Shown: piece by piece, positions 51,999-61,865 of the stretch
How the letters are laid out: every line of letters begins with the position of its first letter
Numbering within the stretch: position 1 is the stretch's first letter
Assembly (NCBI GenBank): GCA_965214405.1
Contig: OZ243956.1
Location: 864,001-928,000, forward strand
Source: Trueperaceae bacterium
GTDB taxonomy: Bacteria > Deinococcota > Deinococci > Deinococcales > Trueperaceae
Reading direction: 5' to 3'
DNA: 64,000 nucleotides
Notes under the pieces: model-generated
What the model saw: only the letters and a program-made list of their open reading frames with translations
What the model was told of the DNA's origin: nothing
Databases searched by the model: none
Program-made: the position numbers and the translations under genes

Positions 51999-52546
51999 TT
52001 AGGCGAAAAAGTCTTTGAGAAGCAGCGTCCAGCCGGGCACCACGTCGCCGCCTTCTAAAACATCCTCTTCGGTCAGGTGCGTGATGTCAGCGCTCGGTAC
52101 ACCGTCACCGTTTTCTTGAGGGGGTTAACGACCAGGACCAGACGCGCTCCGTGGTTCAGCCACTCAAAAACCTTTTCTTCAACCCCGCTGTAAGTGTCAC
52201 TCGGTGAAACTACCTCGGCGGCCAAATCAGGCGCGCCCAGCCAATAACCCGTGACGGGTCCCGTTCTTTCCAAACGCTCTTGGCTCATAAAGGCCACGTC
52301 GGGCGCGCGGACGGTGTCGGGGTTTGAGGTGAGTTTGAACCCTGTTTCGGCGGCGTAAACTTTACCGAGCTTGTGCGCCTTGACGTGGTTGCGGAGTTCG
52401 GCTGAGAGTTCTCCGGTCAGGTAGCCGTGAGCACTCTCCGCAAGCGACATCTTCCTGAGTTCTCCTCGCACGAGTTCGTAACGGAAGCCGTCGTCGAGCG
52501 CCAAAAGTGCGTCGGCGGTGAAGGGCTGGCTGGTCACCTGCGTCAT
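51999..52546 (-). pseudogene. Uma2-family endonuclease, frameshifted
   Basis: YELVRGEL, APDVAF, APDLAAEVVSPSD. The frame stops at 52073, but the usual tail ADITHLTEEDVLEGGDVVPGW...FA* continues in another frame to TAA at 51999. Confidence 0.8.
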
Positions 52547-52642
52547 AAAACCTTGTACGCAATAGTAGCACGAGGGGGAGCGCGTGCAGAGGTGAGGAAC
52601 TTCTTAAGTAAGCGCTGGCACCTCTGATAGGATGCCCGCACG

Positions 52643-53785
52643 ATGAACGACACCCAGGCGTCATTACGGGCCGCCCTCGCCCTCGCGCTGACCCCCGGTT
52701 TGGGTCCGCGCAAGTTCAAGCTGTTGCTCGAGCACTTCGGCACCGCCACGCGCGTCTTCGAAGCCGACACGCCCGCGCTCGCTGAGGTTGAGGGGGTGGG
52801 GCCGAAGCTGATTCACGCGATTGGGCAGGCCAAAAACTCGGGCGCGCCCGACAAGGAACTCGAGCGCACGCAGCGCCTCAACGTCACGCTGCTGCCCCTC
52901 TCGCACGCTGATTATCCGGAGAGCTTGCGCGCGATTTACGACCCGCCGCCCGTGCTTTACGTCCGGGGCGCGTTACCCAAAACGCTGTTGGGTCCTACCC
53001 AGGCGGTGCGCGCGGTGGGCATCGTGGGGACGCGTGACGCGAGTGCGTACGCGCTCGAGTTCTCCCACACCCTCGCCGCGCGCTTAGCCGAAAGCGGGGT
53101 GACGGTGGTGTCAGGGCTGGCCTTGGGCGTGGACAGCGCCGCGCACGAGGGGGCAGTGAACGTCAGGGGCGGTACGACGGTCGCGGTGTTGGGGTCCGGC
53201 GTGGACGTGGTGTATCCGAGGCAAAATGCAGATTTAGCCAAACGCATCCTCAACGGGCGCGGCGCGCTGGTGAGCGAATATCCCATCGGGACGGGGCCGC
53301 GCGCGGGGCATTTTCCGGGGCGCAACCGGATTATCAATGGGCTCTCGCGCGGCGTGGTGGTGGTTGAGGCGGGCGAAAAGTCGGGCGCGCTCATTACGGC
53401 GGATTACGCGCTCGAGGAGGGCCGCACCGTGTTCGCCGTACCGGGCCGCGTGGGCGACCATAAAGCCAAAGGTACCCTGAATCTCCTCAAGCAGGGCGCG
53501 GTTTTGGTTACAAATATAGACGACGTGTTGGAAGAGTTTAGCTGGATGGGCGCGGGGGAACACGCCCCACCCGCGCCTGCGCTCACAGAAGTCCAAAAAC
53601 TCGTGGCCGAGGCCGTGCGGGCGGGCGACACGCCGCTCCTAGACGACCTCATCGTCCGCACCGGCTTGGGCGCGCCCGAACTCCTGCCGGTGCTGATGCT
53701 TTTAGAGCTTCAGGGCGTCGTCAAGCCCGTGCCCGGCGGGCGCTACCGCTACAGCTTCGGCCAACTGGGTTTTGGAGCCACCTGA
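52643..53785 (+). CDS. dprA: DNA-processing protein DprA
   Basis: DPPPVLYVRG, IVGTR, VSGLALGVDSAAH, FPGRNRII, EAGEKSGALITA. Confidence 0.96.
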   Translation: MNDTQASLRAALALALTPGLGPRKFKLLLEHFGTATRVFEADTPALAEVEGVGPKLIHAIGQAKNSGAPDKELERTQRLNVTLLPLSHADYPESLRAIYDPPPVLYVRGALPKTLLGPTQAVRAVGIVGTRDASAYALEFSHTLAARLAESGVTVVSGLALGVDSAAHEGAVNVRGGTTVAVLGSGVDVVYPRQNADLAKRILNGRGALVSEYPIGTGPRAGHFPGRNRIINGLSRGVVVVEAGEKSGALITADYALEEGRTVFAVPGRVGDHKAKGTLNLLKQGAVLVTNIDDVLEEFSWMGAGEHAPPAPALTEVQKLVAEAVRAGDTPLLDDLIVRTGLGAPELLPVLMLLELQGVVKPVPGGRYRYSFGQLGFGAT

Positions 53786-53787
53786 CA

Positions 53788-53811
53788 AACAAGGGGTTGC
53801 AACCCCTTGTT
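53788..53811. repeat. 24-bp perfect palindrome (REP-like), copy 2
   Basis: AACAAGGGGTTGCAACCCCTTGTT, 2 nt after the dprA stop. Confidence 0.9.
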
Positions 53812-53828
53812 AAGAGAGGGTGAAGCTG

Positions 53829-55187
53829 GGGTGCAGCCCGCTAGTGTCGGATTAAGCCGGGGCAGGGTAAGCGAGGTGCCTGAGCTGCCCAAAGTCAATG
53901 AGGGAATGTTTGGCACAGGTCTGGGCACGCAAAGAGGCCATACTGGCAGCACCTTGTTTGGACCAGTGCATCCCGCTTCTTTTCATACGGTTTCCGATAA
54001 CGGCTTTGTTCATCCCTTCGATTTGCCCTGAACCGATGGGATAGCCTTTTTCTGTGAACCGAGCATAATCCATACTGTCAAGCCGGGTTTCAAGATACTT
54101 TAGAGCAGTTTGCGCTTTGTCATCCCAGGTGAGCCAGACCTCGGGTTTAGGAAGGTGGTGAGCGAGCCAGTCACGGGCGTTGAGCTGACCCCGATACCAG
54201 TCACAGCGGTGGCGCGTTCTTAGGTCTTCATCCCAAGCCAGTGCTTGCATGATGGTGTCGAGGTACTGAGTGGCGTGGTAGACGTCGGTGATTCTTACGG
54301 CGTCGAGATGACAAAAGATGTTGTCAATCCAAACGGCTCCATCACCCAAACCGAGCAGCGTATCCGCGGGGGTGACTCCGGCTTCGTTGAGTAAACCCGC
54401 CACGAGCGTGACAAAGTCTTCGGCACAGCAGCGTTCGGCCAACATCCAGCGCTGACTCGGAGCGGCTTGCGGATAAAGTACGGCTGTTTTGAGTTCCAGG
54501 CCAGGACATAGCCCCTGTTCAGGTTGCCCTAAGACGTAGACGCCGTCCATTTGCAACACCATGACGCGTCCTTGTCGGCGTGCCGCTTCAGGCTCTGAAC
54601 AAGACAACAGTCTGTCTGCCACCTCGGCTCGACACGCCTCAGCGTAGGGGCGTTGCAAGCGGTCTAATTCTGACGAGCTAATCCTCAGGCCGAAGTTGCG
54701 CGCGATGTAAGCGCCTTCTTCTAAGGGCACGCGCGCTGCTAAGTCGGTCAGGCAAGCTAAGGCTTTGGGCGTCCAGCCCGAATGGTCTAAGCGTCTATCG
54801 AGGATAGCTTGTTTGGCTCGACCCTCTCTATCAACCAGCCTTTGTACCTCGACATAGACCCGGCCCCACAAGTGCTTAACCGCGCAGCGACGTTTGCCGT
54901 TACCCCAATAGCCTTCAGGTACTTCTCTTTTGTGCTCGGGGGGAAAAGCTCCGGCTATCTGCCAGAGCTTGCATAGTCTCACTCATCATCGCTTGATAAT
55001 GCGCCAGCATCGCCGTCTCAACCTCGGCTACACCCGCATCTTCGGGTAGGTCTCGTTCCAAAGCTTCTAAGTACCTGCCAAACGCTTCCTTCGCCCGTTC
55101 TTTCCAATCACCTGTCTGGCTCGTTTTCATCCGCCATTCTACCGCTGCTACGCCCCTTTTTCTATCCGCCTATTTGGGGTTGCACCC
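53829..55187 (-). mobile_element. Insertion sequence, ISKra4/ISLre2-type (Mutator-like DDE), 1359 bp
   Basis: 9-bp target duplication GTGAAGCTG (53820-53828 and 55188-55196); imperfect 24-bp terminal inverted repeats starting GGGTGCA; lower GC. Confidence 0.92.
53852..55130 (-). CDS. Transposase split over two frames (orfA 54915-55130, orfB 53852-54982)
   Basis: LQMDG, GDGAVWI, DVYHA, PIGSGQIEG, RMKRSGMHW; the frames overlap at TTTTCCCCCC. Confidence 0.88.
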
Positions 55188-55396
55188 GTGAAGCTGTGGC
55201 CCGCTGGACATTGGGGAGAGGGGGCGGTACACTGGGGCTTGCAAACCAAGCCACGGATGGAAGAGGCAGTGTAGCTAAGATTGTGTATCTAGGATGTATG
55301 GCTATGTAGCGGGTGGGCCGGGATGCGGCTCGAGCTTTTGCCTCGCCATCACGGCACGGTTTACTAGACCAGTTTGCTAGACCGAAAGGAGTTGTT

Positions 55397-56593
55397 TTGA
55401 AAAAGTTTTTTCTTACCCTATGTACCATGTTGTTCGTTTCAGGCGCGGCCTTGGCCCAGGAGGGTTTAACCGTCTGGACCCAGTTTGGCGACGCGGACTT
55501 GGAATGGCTTCAGGGCCAGGCCGACAGCTTTAGCGCCGCCTTTGGCACGCCCGTCGTCATCACCAAGGTCGACTTGGGCGAACTCAAGCAGAAGATGCTG
55601 CTCGCCGCTCCCCAGGGCGAAGCCGCTTGCTTGGTCGCGCCCGTGCCTCACGACCAGATCGGCGAGATGGCGGCGGGCGGCGTGCTGGCCGATATGTCGG
55701 AGTTCGCCACGCCGGACTATCTGAATGATCTCAACGAGCAGGCGCGGCTGGCCTTCACTTTTAACGGTAGGCTCTTCGGCTTGCCCCTCTACATCGAGGG
55801 TCCGGCGCTGGTCATCAACACCGACCTCGTGCCCGACGCGCCCGCGACTTACGAAGAGATGATCCAAAAGGCGCAGGAGCTGACCACGGGCGACGGCAGC
55901 CAGTTCGGCTTTCTTTATGACGACAAAAACTTCTACTTTTCGTACAACTGGATCAACTCGTTTGGCGGCTACGTGTTTTCTAGGGACGAGAGCGGCGACC
56001 TTAACCCCGACGACGTTGGGCTAGCCAACGAGGGCGCGGTGCAGGGCGCGCAGGAGATCAAGAAGTTTCAGTACGACTACGGCCTCATCCCGGCGGGCAC
56101 CGACTCATCCGTGGCCCAAGGGCTTTTCAACGAGGGTTCGCTCGCCATGATCTACAACGGCCCCTGGATGATCCCGGACTCGCGCGCCGCGGGCATCAAC
56201 CTGACCGTCATGCCCGTCCCGCCCACAGAAGCGGGCGTCACCTTTGACGGCTTTATGGGCGTGCAGGGCGTGCTCTTAAACCAGTTCTGCGAGGACAAAG
56301 TGACCGCGGCCAACTTCGCCAAGTGGCTCACCCGCCCCGACGCGCAAGTTGACTTGGCGCAGCGCAGCGGCCGCATCCCCTCGTCGCAAAACGCGGCGGC
56401 GCAGGTTTCAGACGACCCCGTTATCGCGGGCTTTTCCGAGGCGCTCGCCAACGCCGTCCCCATGCCCAACATCCCGCAGATGGGCGCGGTGTGGCAGCCG
56501 ATGGGCGACGCGCTCGCGCAGATTTTGGAGTCGCCCGACTCGGACGTGGCGGGCATTCTCAACACCGCCGTCAACCAAATCGAAGGCCAGTAA
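55397..56593 (+). CDS. malE: Maltose/maltodextrin ABC substrate-binding protein
   Basis: PHDQIG, NTDLV, YNGPW, FMGVQG, PMPNIPQMGAVW; AAAGGAG SD before TTG 55397. Confidence 0.88.
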   Translation: MKKFFLTLCTMLFVSGAALAQEGLTVWTQFGDADLEWLQGQADSFSAAFGTPVVITKVDLGELKQKMLLAAPQGEAACLVAPVPHDQIGEMAAGGVLADMSEFATPDYLNDLNEQARLAFTFNGRLFGLPLYIEGPALVINTDLVPDAPATYEEMIQKAQELTTGDGSQFGFLYDDKNFYFSYNWINSFGGYVFSRDESGDLNPDDVGLANEGAVQGAQEIKKFQYDYGLIPAGTDSSVAQGLFNEGSLAMIYNGPWMIPDSRAAGINLTVMPVPPTEAGVTFDGFMGVQGVLLNQFCEDKVTAANFAKWLTRPDAQVDLAQRSGRIPSSQNAAAQVSDDPVIAGFSEALANAVPMPNIPQMGAVWQPMGDALAQILESPDSDVAGILNTAVNQIEGQ

Positions 56594-56630
56594 ACGCGTG
56601 ACGTCGGCCCGTACCGGCTGACAAGCCTAG

Positions 56631-56661
56631 GCCAGGGGTTTTGACCACCCCTGGCTTTTTT
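56631..56661 (+). terminator. Intrinsic terminator after malE
   Basis: GCCAGGGG-N9-CCCCTGGC then TTTTTT. Confidence 0.8.
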
Positions 56662-56929
56662 CGTCTCTCGTGTTTGATGACTGGAATCTTAATACTGGCG
56701 CTCGAGGGCTGAAAATTTTAGACCCTACCGAGGGAGGCAGAATTCGAAAGACCCTTCCATCTCCCCTTTCTTATTTTGGACTCGATAACCTTTTCCCCTG
56801 CAAGTCCGCACTATCAGCCCTGCGTCAAGTGAACCTACGATTCTCCGCAAGGCTTATAATTCTGTTGGCTTTACCTTGAATCTAAGCTTAAACCTATCTT
56901 GTGAGAAGTCCTGAGAGGAGTTGGTCGTC

Positions 56930-58543
56930 ATGGATATGTCGCGTTCGGTGCGTGACTTTACACCCCAGCGGGCGTCGCGCTGGAGGGGCAGTTTGGTTGG
57001 GTCGCTCGTGCTCCTCGCGCTCGCGCTGCTCGTCGCCACGGGCGTCGGGATTGCGAGCTTTTTTGTGCTCGCCAGCCTTTTGCCCGGCGCGCCGCCCTAC
57101 TGGAGCGTCGTCATCGGGGTTGCCTCGCTCGTAATCGCGCTTCAGTTTATCGCCAGGCGGTTTGAATGGATCATGCCCTGGTACTATCTTTTGCCCGCTA
57201 TTTTATTCCTCACGACGTTCACGGTTTTTCCGGTGGTGCTCACGGTGGTGCTCGCCTTTACGGACTACGCGGGGATTCGCAACGGCGAACTTGACCCGAG
57301 CTCTACGACGACGATCACCCGTGTGGACGGCGCAACCTTAGAGCTCGAGAACCCCGCCACCCTCAACTGCGCCAAACTGCGCAACGGCTGCGACGGCGTG
57401 GCCGCCGACGTTTACGCGTCGGGCAGCCTCGCCGTGCCCGCCGTAAGCTTTACAGAAAACACGCTCACGCTTCAAGAGCCGCTGCCAGAGGGCCGCAGCG
57501 TAAGCGCAGCCGAAGTGACCGCGCAGGGTTTTCCCATCCAGGTGTCGGTGGTAGGGGCTGAAGGCGGCACGCTGACGCTGCAAAACGTGCCGCCGATTCT
57601 CGCCAACGCCTCGCCCGACAGCGTGGACTTGAGTAACGTGCGGCTGACCTTAAATAGAGAAGCCATCCGCCGCACCATCGTGTCGGTTGAGGGCAACACG
57701 CTCACCTTAAACGAGCCGCTGCCGGAGGGCCTCCAGTACGAGGCGATCGCCCGCTTTAATGACTTCGGCTTGATAGGCTGGCAAAACTTCCGGCGCATCT
57801 TCGCGCAAGCGAGTACGGCGCTCCTGCCCGTGTTTTTGTGGAACATCTCGTTTGCGGTCCTCACCGTCCTTATCAACACCGCCGCCGGGGTCTTCATGGC
57901 CGTGCTGCTCAACAACCCCAGCCTGCGCTTTCGCGGCCTCTACCGCACGCTGCTGATTGTGCCCTGGGCGCTGCCCAGCATTATCACGATTCAGGTCTGG
58001 AAAGGCTTTTTGAACACCAACTTCGGGGCCATCAACCGCTTTTTGGCGCTTTTGGACCTGCCTACCTTTGACTGGCTCGGCGACCCCTGGGCCGCCAAGG
58101 GCGCGATCTTGCTCGTGAACCTCTGGCTGGGGCTGCCCTTCATGATGACCGCGACGCTGGGCGCGTTGTCCGCCATTCCGGGCGACCTTTACGAGGCGGC
58201 CAAAATCGACGGGGCGAACCCCTTCCAGGCATTTCGCGGGGTGACGCTGCCGCTGCTCATGACCGCGCTCGTGCCGATCACGCTCACGGGCTTCGCCTTT
58301 AACTTTAACAACTTCAACCTTATTTACCTGCTCACAGACGGGGGACCCTCGAGCGGCGGCTCCGCGACGGCCAGGGCCACCGACATCCTCATCTCCTGGG
58401 CCTATAACGAGGCGTTTCGGGCGCAAGGCGGCTACGCCTACGGGCTGGGCTCGGCCATCTCGATACTTATTTTCTTTATCACCATCGCGGTGTCGCTCGT
58501 TAACTTTCGCGTGACGGGCGCGCTCAAGGAGGAGCAGGCATGA
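56930..58543 (+). CDS. malF: Maltose ABC permease with large extracytoplasmic loop
   Basis: NLWLGLPFMM, YEAAKIDGA, FAFNFNNFNLIYLLT.GGP, TDILISW. Confidence 0.9.
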   Translation: MDMSRSVRDFTPQRASRWRGSLVGSLVLLALALLVATGVGIASFFVLASLLPGAPPYWSVVIGVASLVIALQFIARRFEWIMPWYYLLPAILFLTTFTVFPVVLTVVLAFTDYAGIRNGELDPSSTTTITRVDGATLELENPATLNCAKLRNGCDGVAADVYASGSLAVPAVSFTENTLTLQEPLPEGRSVSAAEVTAQGFPIQVSVVGAEGGTLTLQNVPPILANASPDSVDLSNVRLTLNREAIRRTIVSVEGNTLTLNEPLPEGLQYEAIARFNDFGLIGWQNFRRIFAQASTALLPVFLWNISFAVLTVLINTAAGVFMAVLLNNPSLRFRGLYRTLLIVPWALPSIITIQVWKGFLNTNFGAINRFLALLDLPTFDWLGDPWAAKGAILLVNLWLGLPFMMTATLGALSAIPGDLYEAAKIDGANPFQAFRGVTLPLLMTALVPITLTGFAFNFNNFNLIYLLTDGGPSSGGSATARATDILISWAYNEAFRAQGGYAYGLGSAISILIFFITIAVSLVNFRVTGALKEEQA

Positions 58544-59847
58544 GAGAAGCCGGTATGAGACGCGCGTTTAGACTCGGACTCTTTCTCGCCTTCTCGTTTG
58601 CCTCCTCTTTCGCGCTGGCGCAAGAGCGGCGCGGGCTGTTCTTGGTCGTTCCTTACGGCTGGCTTTGGTTCTTGCTCGGCTTCGTGGTCGTCGCGGGCAG
58701 TATCGGTTTGGCGGCCTACCTCTATGGCCGCGCCACCCGCCCCGCCAAGGCGGGCCAGTACGCCGCCGCAGCCGCCACTCACCTTTTTATCTGGGTGGTC
58801 ATCCTCGTCACGCTTTATCCGGTCATCAACCTCGTGGCGGTATCGTTCAACCGCTCGAACAACCTCAACGCGCCCCCGCCGCAAGAGGGAAACTTGCTGG
58901 TGCGCGCGGGGCTCCTGCCCGACCCCTCGGGGTTTTCGTTCGTGCAGTACACCAAGGTGATGGGCGAGACGCACCTTTTTACCTATCAGTGGCTTCTTGC
59001 GGGCGTGTTCGCGCTCGCGCTGCTGGGTCTTATCGGTGTGGCGCTGGCGAGCAGGCGAAGTGACTCGTATAGGCTCGAGCGCCTCCGCGGTTGGCTGGGC
59101 TGGCTTATCTTCGGCACCGCCGCCGTGCTGGTCGTCAGCATCGGCCCCGACCAGTTCTACCGCATCAACGAGGCGGGGCAGCGGGTCGCGTCCTCGAGCG
59201 ACCGCAAGGTGATTCTGTTTATCCGCAACACCCTGCTCGTCTCGGGGCTTACCGGGCTGTTCGCGGTGGCGATAAGTACCACCGCGGGCTACGCCTTCGC
59301 GCGCTTGCGCTTTAACGGGCGCTACGGGACGCTGCTCTTTTTTATCTTCGTGCAGATGTTTCCGGGTTTTATGGCGCTCGTGGCGATTTTTTACCTCATG
59401 AACTTTTTGGGTTTGCTCAACACCTTTACGGGTCTCATTCTGGCCTATTCGGGCGGGGCCATCTCATTTGCCGCCTGGATTTTCAAGGGCTATCTGGAGT
59501 CTATTAGCCCAAGTTTGGAAGAGGCCGCGATGGTCGACGGGGCCACGCGCTTGGGCGCGTTCTGGCGGGTGATTTTGCCCGTCAGCATCCCCATGCTGCT
59601 CTTCATCTTTTTATTACAGTTTATCGGCACCTACAGCGAGTTTATTCTCGCCAACATCCTCCTGACGGGCGACGACCTCTGGACGGTCGGCATCGGCTTA
59701 CAGAGTTTTACGAGAAATCAGTTTGCGACGCAGTGGGGCGCGCTCGCGGCGAGCGCGGTGCTGGGCAGTCTGCCCATCCTGGCGATTTTTTACGCGTTCC
59801 AGGGCGCGCTGACCGGGCAGTACCAGGCGGGCGGCGTGAAGGGCTAG
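58540..59847 (+). CDS. malG: Maltose ABC permease with N-terminal extension
   Basis: AGYAFARLRF, QMFP, KGYLESI, EEAAMVDGAT, GGVKG. Confidence 0.9.
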   Translation: MREAGMRRAFRLGLFLAFSFASSFALAQERRGLFLVVPYGWLWFLLGFVVVAGSIGLAAYLYGRATRPAKAGQYAAAAATHLFIWVVILVTLYPVINLVAVSFNRSNNLNAPPPQEGNLLVRAGLLPDPSGFSFVQYTKVMGETHLFTYQWLLAGVFALALLGLIGVALASRRSDSYRLERLRGWLGWLIFGTAAVLVVSIGPDQFYRINEAGQRVASSSDRKVILFIRNTLLVSGLTGLFAVAISTTAGYAFARLRFNGRYGTLLFFIFVQMFPGFMALVAIFYLMNFLGLLNTFTGLILAYSGGAISFAAWIFKGYLESISPSLEEAAMVDGATRLGAFWRVILPVSIPMLLFIFLLQFIGTYSEFILANILLTGDDLWTVGIGLQSFTRNQFATQWGALAASAVLGSLPILAIFYAFQGALTGQYQAGGVKG

Positions 59848-59886
59848 CGCCTGTTTGGCGCTCGAGTAGCGTGGTAGGCTTTGCTT

Positions 59887-60339
59887 ATGGAATGGCTCGC
59901 GTTTGGCTCGCACTACGCCATCGACGGCTACGGGGCCGCCGCCGAAAAATTGGAGGACGAGGCCCACATCCGCGCGGTGATGCGGCGCTGGGCGGACGCG
60001 CTCGAGCCCGCCACTGAGGCGTCCGCCGAAACGCTCTTTTATGGACCCAGCACGAGTCCGGGCGTTTCCGCCGGGCTCGTGCTGGCCGAGTCGCACTTCA
60101 CGCTCCACACCTTTTCGACACGCCGCTGCCTCACCGCGACGCTCTTTTCGCGGCGCGGGGGGCCGCTCGAGGGCCTCGTCACCGAGCTCCGCGAGGCCTT
60201 TCAGTTGGGCCGCTTTGAAAGCCGCTTGAGCTCTCACGGTCGGGGGGGACAGCGCGACGCCGAGGCGCTCCGGCGCGTTTTGCAGGGCGAGCGTGGGTAT
60301 GCGGATGTGCGGCTCGATGAGACGTTGTTAGCGCGTTAG
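59887..60339 (+). CDS. S-adenosylmethionine decarboxylase (SpeD)-like pyruvoyl proenzyme, atypical
   Basis: GSHYAIDGYG and GVS...LAE|SHFTLHT self-cleavage motif; TAGGCT 6 nt before the ATG. Confidence 0.75.
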   Translation: MEWLAFGSHYAIDGYGAAAEKLEDEAHIRAVMRRWADALEPATEASAETLFYGPSTSPGVSAGLVLAESHFTLHTFSTRRCLTATLFSRRGGPLEGLVTELREAFQLGRFESRLSSHGRGGQRDAEALRRVLQGERGYADVRLDETLLAR

Positions 60340-60395
60340 AGGCCGTTCAACACGTGCTGAAGAGCTCGAGGCCAGAGGCCACGGAAGACGACTGC

Positions 60396-60773
60396 TCAAT
60401 ATTTGAACTGCGCAAAGGTTGCAACCTCCCTGACCAGGCCAGAGAGTCGTCCCGGCTCAAACTCAGAGCCAAACCTCAGCCCAAGAAGAAGGGGCGTCCC
60501 CAAGGAACCGGTGGTAAAACGCGCCAACTCGCCCCCCACCATCATGTGTCCAGAGCGGTCAACGGACTCAAGCCTCATGATGAACTCGCCTGGTGACGTG
60601 GCTTCGAGGCTAGCGACTCCCTGGCGACACGCCTCGAGCTCTCGCCACGCGGCTTCAAAAACCGTCAGGGCGGGCCTCGCAATCCAAAAGGTGGACGACC
60701 CACCAAAGCCGTGGGCCGTGACGGCTGCTTCGATATGAACGTCACCGGCGCGGGGAAGGTTAGTGGGCATCAC
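60396..60773 (-). CDS. Hypothetical protein
   Basis: Only long ORF between speD-like and antiporter genes; start uncertain. Confidence 0.45.
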   Translation of the reverse strand: MMPTNLPRAGDVHIEAAVTAHGFGGSSTFWIARPALTVFEAAWRELEACRQGVASLEATSPGEFIMRLESVDRSGHMMVGGELARFTTGSLGTPLLLGLRFGSEFEPGRLSGLVREVATFAQFKY

Positions 60774-60905
60774 CTCGAGCAGCTTGATAAGTAGAGAGGT
60801 AGGACCTTCCTCGAGGAGCAGCGTAGGCGTGGGATCATTGTAAAGTCCGCGAGATTGTCCAGAGGTTTTGTCCCCCGACGCTCCCGAAGCTGATACGCTC
60901 TAGGG

Positions 60906-61853
60906 GTGAGTATTCTCCTGATCATTCTTGGCGCGGCGCTGCTTTACGGCGGCGGCGAGCTGTTGGTCCGCAACGCGGTTTATTTGGCGCGGCGGCTCGG
61001 GCTGTCTTCGCTCGTTATCGGGCTTACCGTGGTGTCCTTTGGCACCTCCGCGCCCGAGCTGGCGGCGACGCTGCTCTCGAGCTTAGAGGGCGCGCCCGAC
61101 CTGGCCATCGGCAACGTGCTGGGCTCGAACGTCGCCAACTTAGGGCTGATTCTGGGCTTGACCGCGCTCGTATACCCCTTGCAGGCCAACCGGCACTTTT
61201 TGGGGCGGGAGGTGCCGCTCGTCGTCGCCTCGGCGCTCGTCCTTTTTCCCGTGCTCTGGGACGGGCGGGTGGCGCGCTACGAAGGGGCGATCCTGGTCGC
61301 GCTTTTGGGGGCGTACCTCACGTACCTTTTTCGCTCGAGTGACGAGGACGAAGTGGGGGAAGAGAGTCAAGAAACCCGTCTCGAGGCTGAAGACGAAGCG
61401 GCGCACGCTCCCCTGTGGCGCGTTTTGCCCCTGCTCGCGCTGGGCGTGGTGCTTCTGGTTTTCGGCGCGCAGTCTTTGGTGCGGGGCGCGGTGGAGATAG
61501 CCGCGAGTTTAGGCGTGCCCGAGCGGGTGGTCGGCCTTACCGTGGTGGCGCTGGGAACGAGCCTGCCGGAGCTGGCAAGCTCGCTGGTCGCCGCGGTAAA
61601 GCGCGAAACGGACCTCCTGCTGGGCAACGTGATCGGCTCGAACGTATTTAACGTGCTGGCGATTCTGGGCGTGACTTCGCTCGTCAGGCCGCTGCCGGTC
61701 GCGGGCGCGGTGGGCTTAGACCTCTGGGTGGTGCTGGGCTTTTCCCTCGCGCTGTGGCCGCTCATGGCGCGCGGCGCGCGCCTGAGTCGCGTCGGCGGGG
61801 CGCTGCTTTTTGGGGGCTACGGGGCGTACACGGTTTTTCTCTTTCTGAACTAA
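60906..61853 (+). CDS. Ca2+/Na+ antiporter (CaCA, YrbG-like)
   Basis: Alpha repeats GTSAPE...GNVLGSN and GTSLPE...GNVIGSN. Confidence 0.93.
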   Translation: MSILLIILGAALLYGGGELLVRNAVYLARRLGLSSLVIGLTVVSFGTSAPELAATLLSSLEGAPDLAIGNVLGSNVANLGLILGLTALVYPLQANRHFLGREVPLVVASALVLFPVLWDGRVARYEGAILVALLGAYLTYLFRSSDEDEVGEESQETRLEAEDEAAHAPLWRVLPLLALGVVLLVFGAQSLVRGAVEIAASLGVPERVVGLTVVALGTSLPELASSLVAAVKRETDLLLGNVIGSNVFNVLAILGVTSLVRPLPVAGAVGLDLWVVLGFSLALWPLMARGARLSRVGGALLFGGYGAYTVFLFLN

Positions 61854-61865
61854 TGCTTATCAAGG

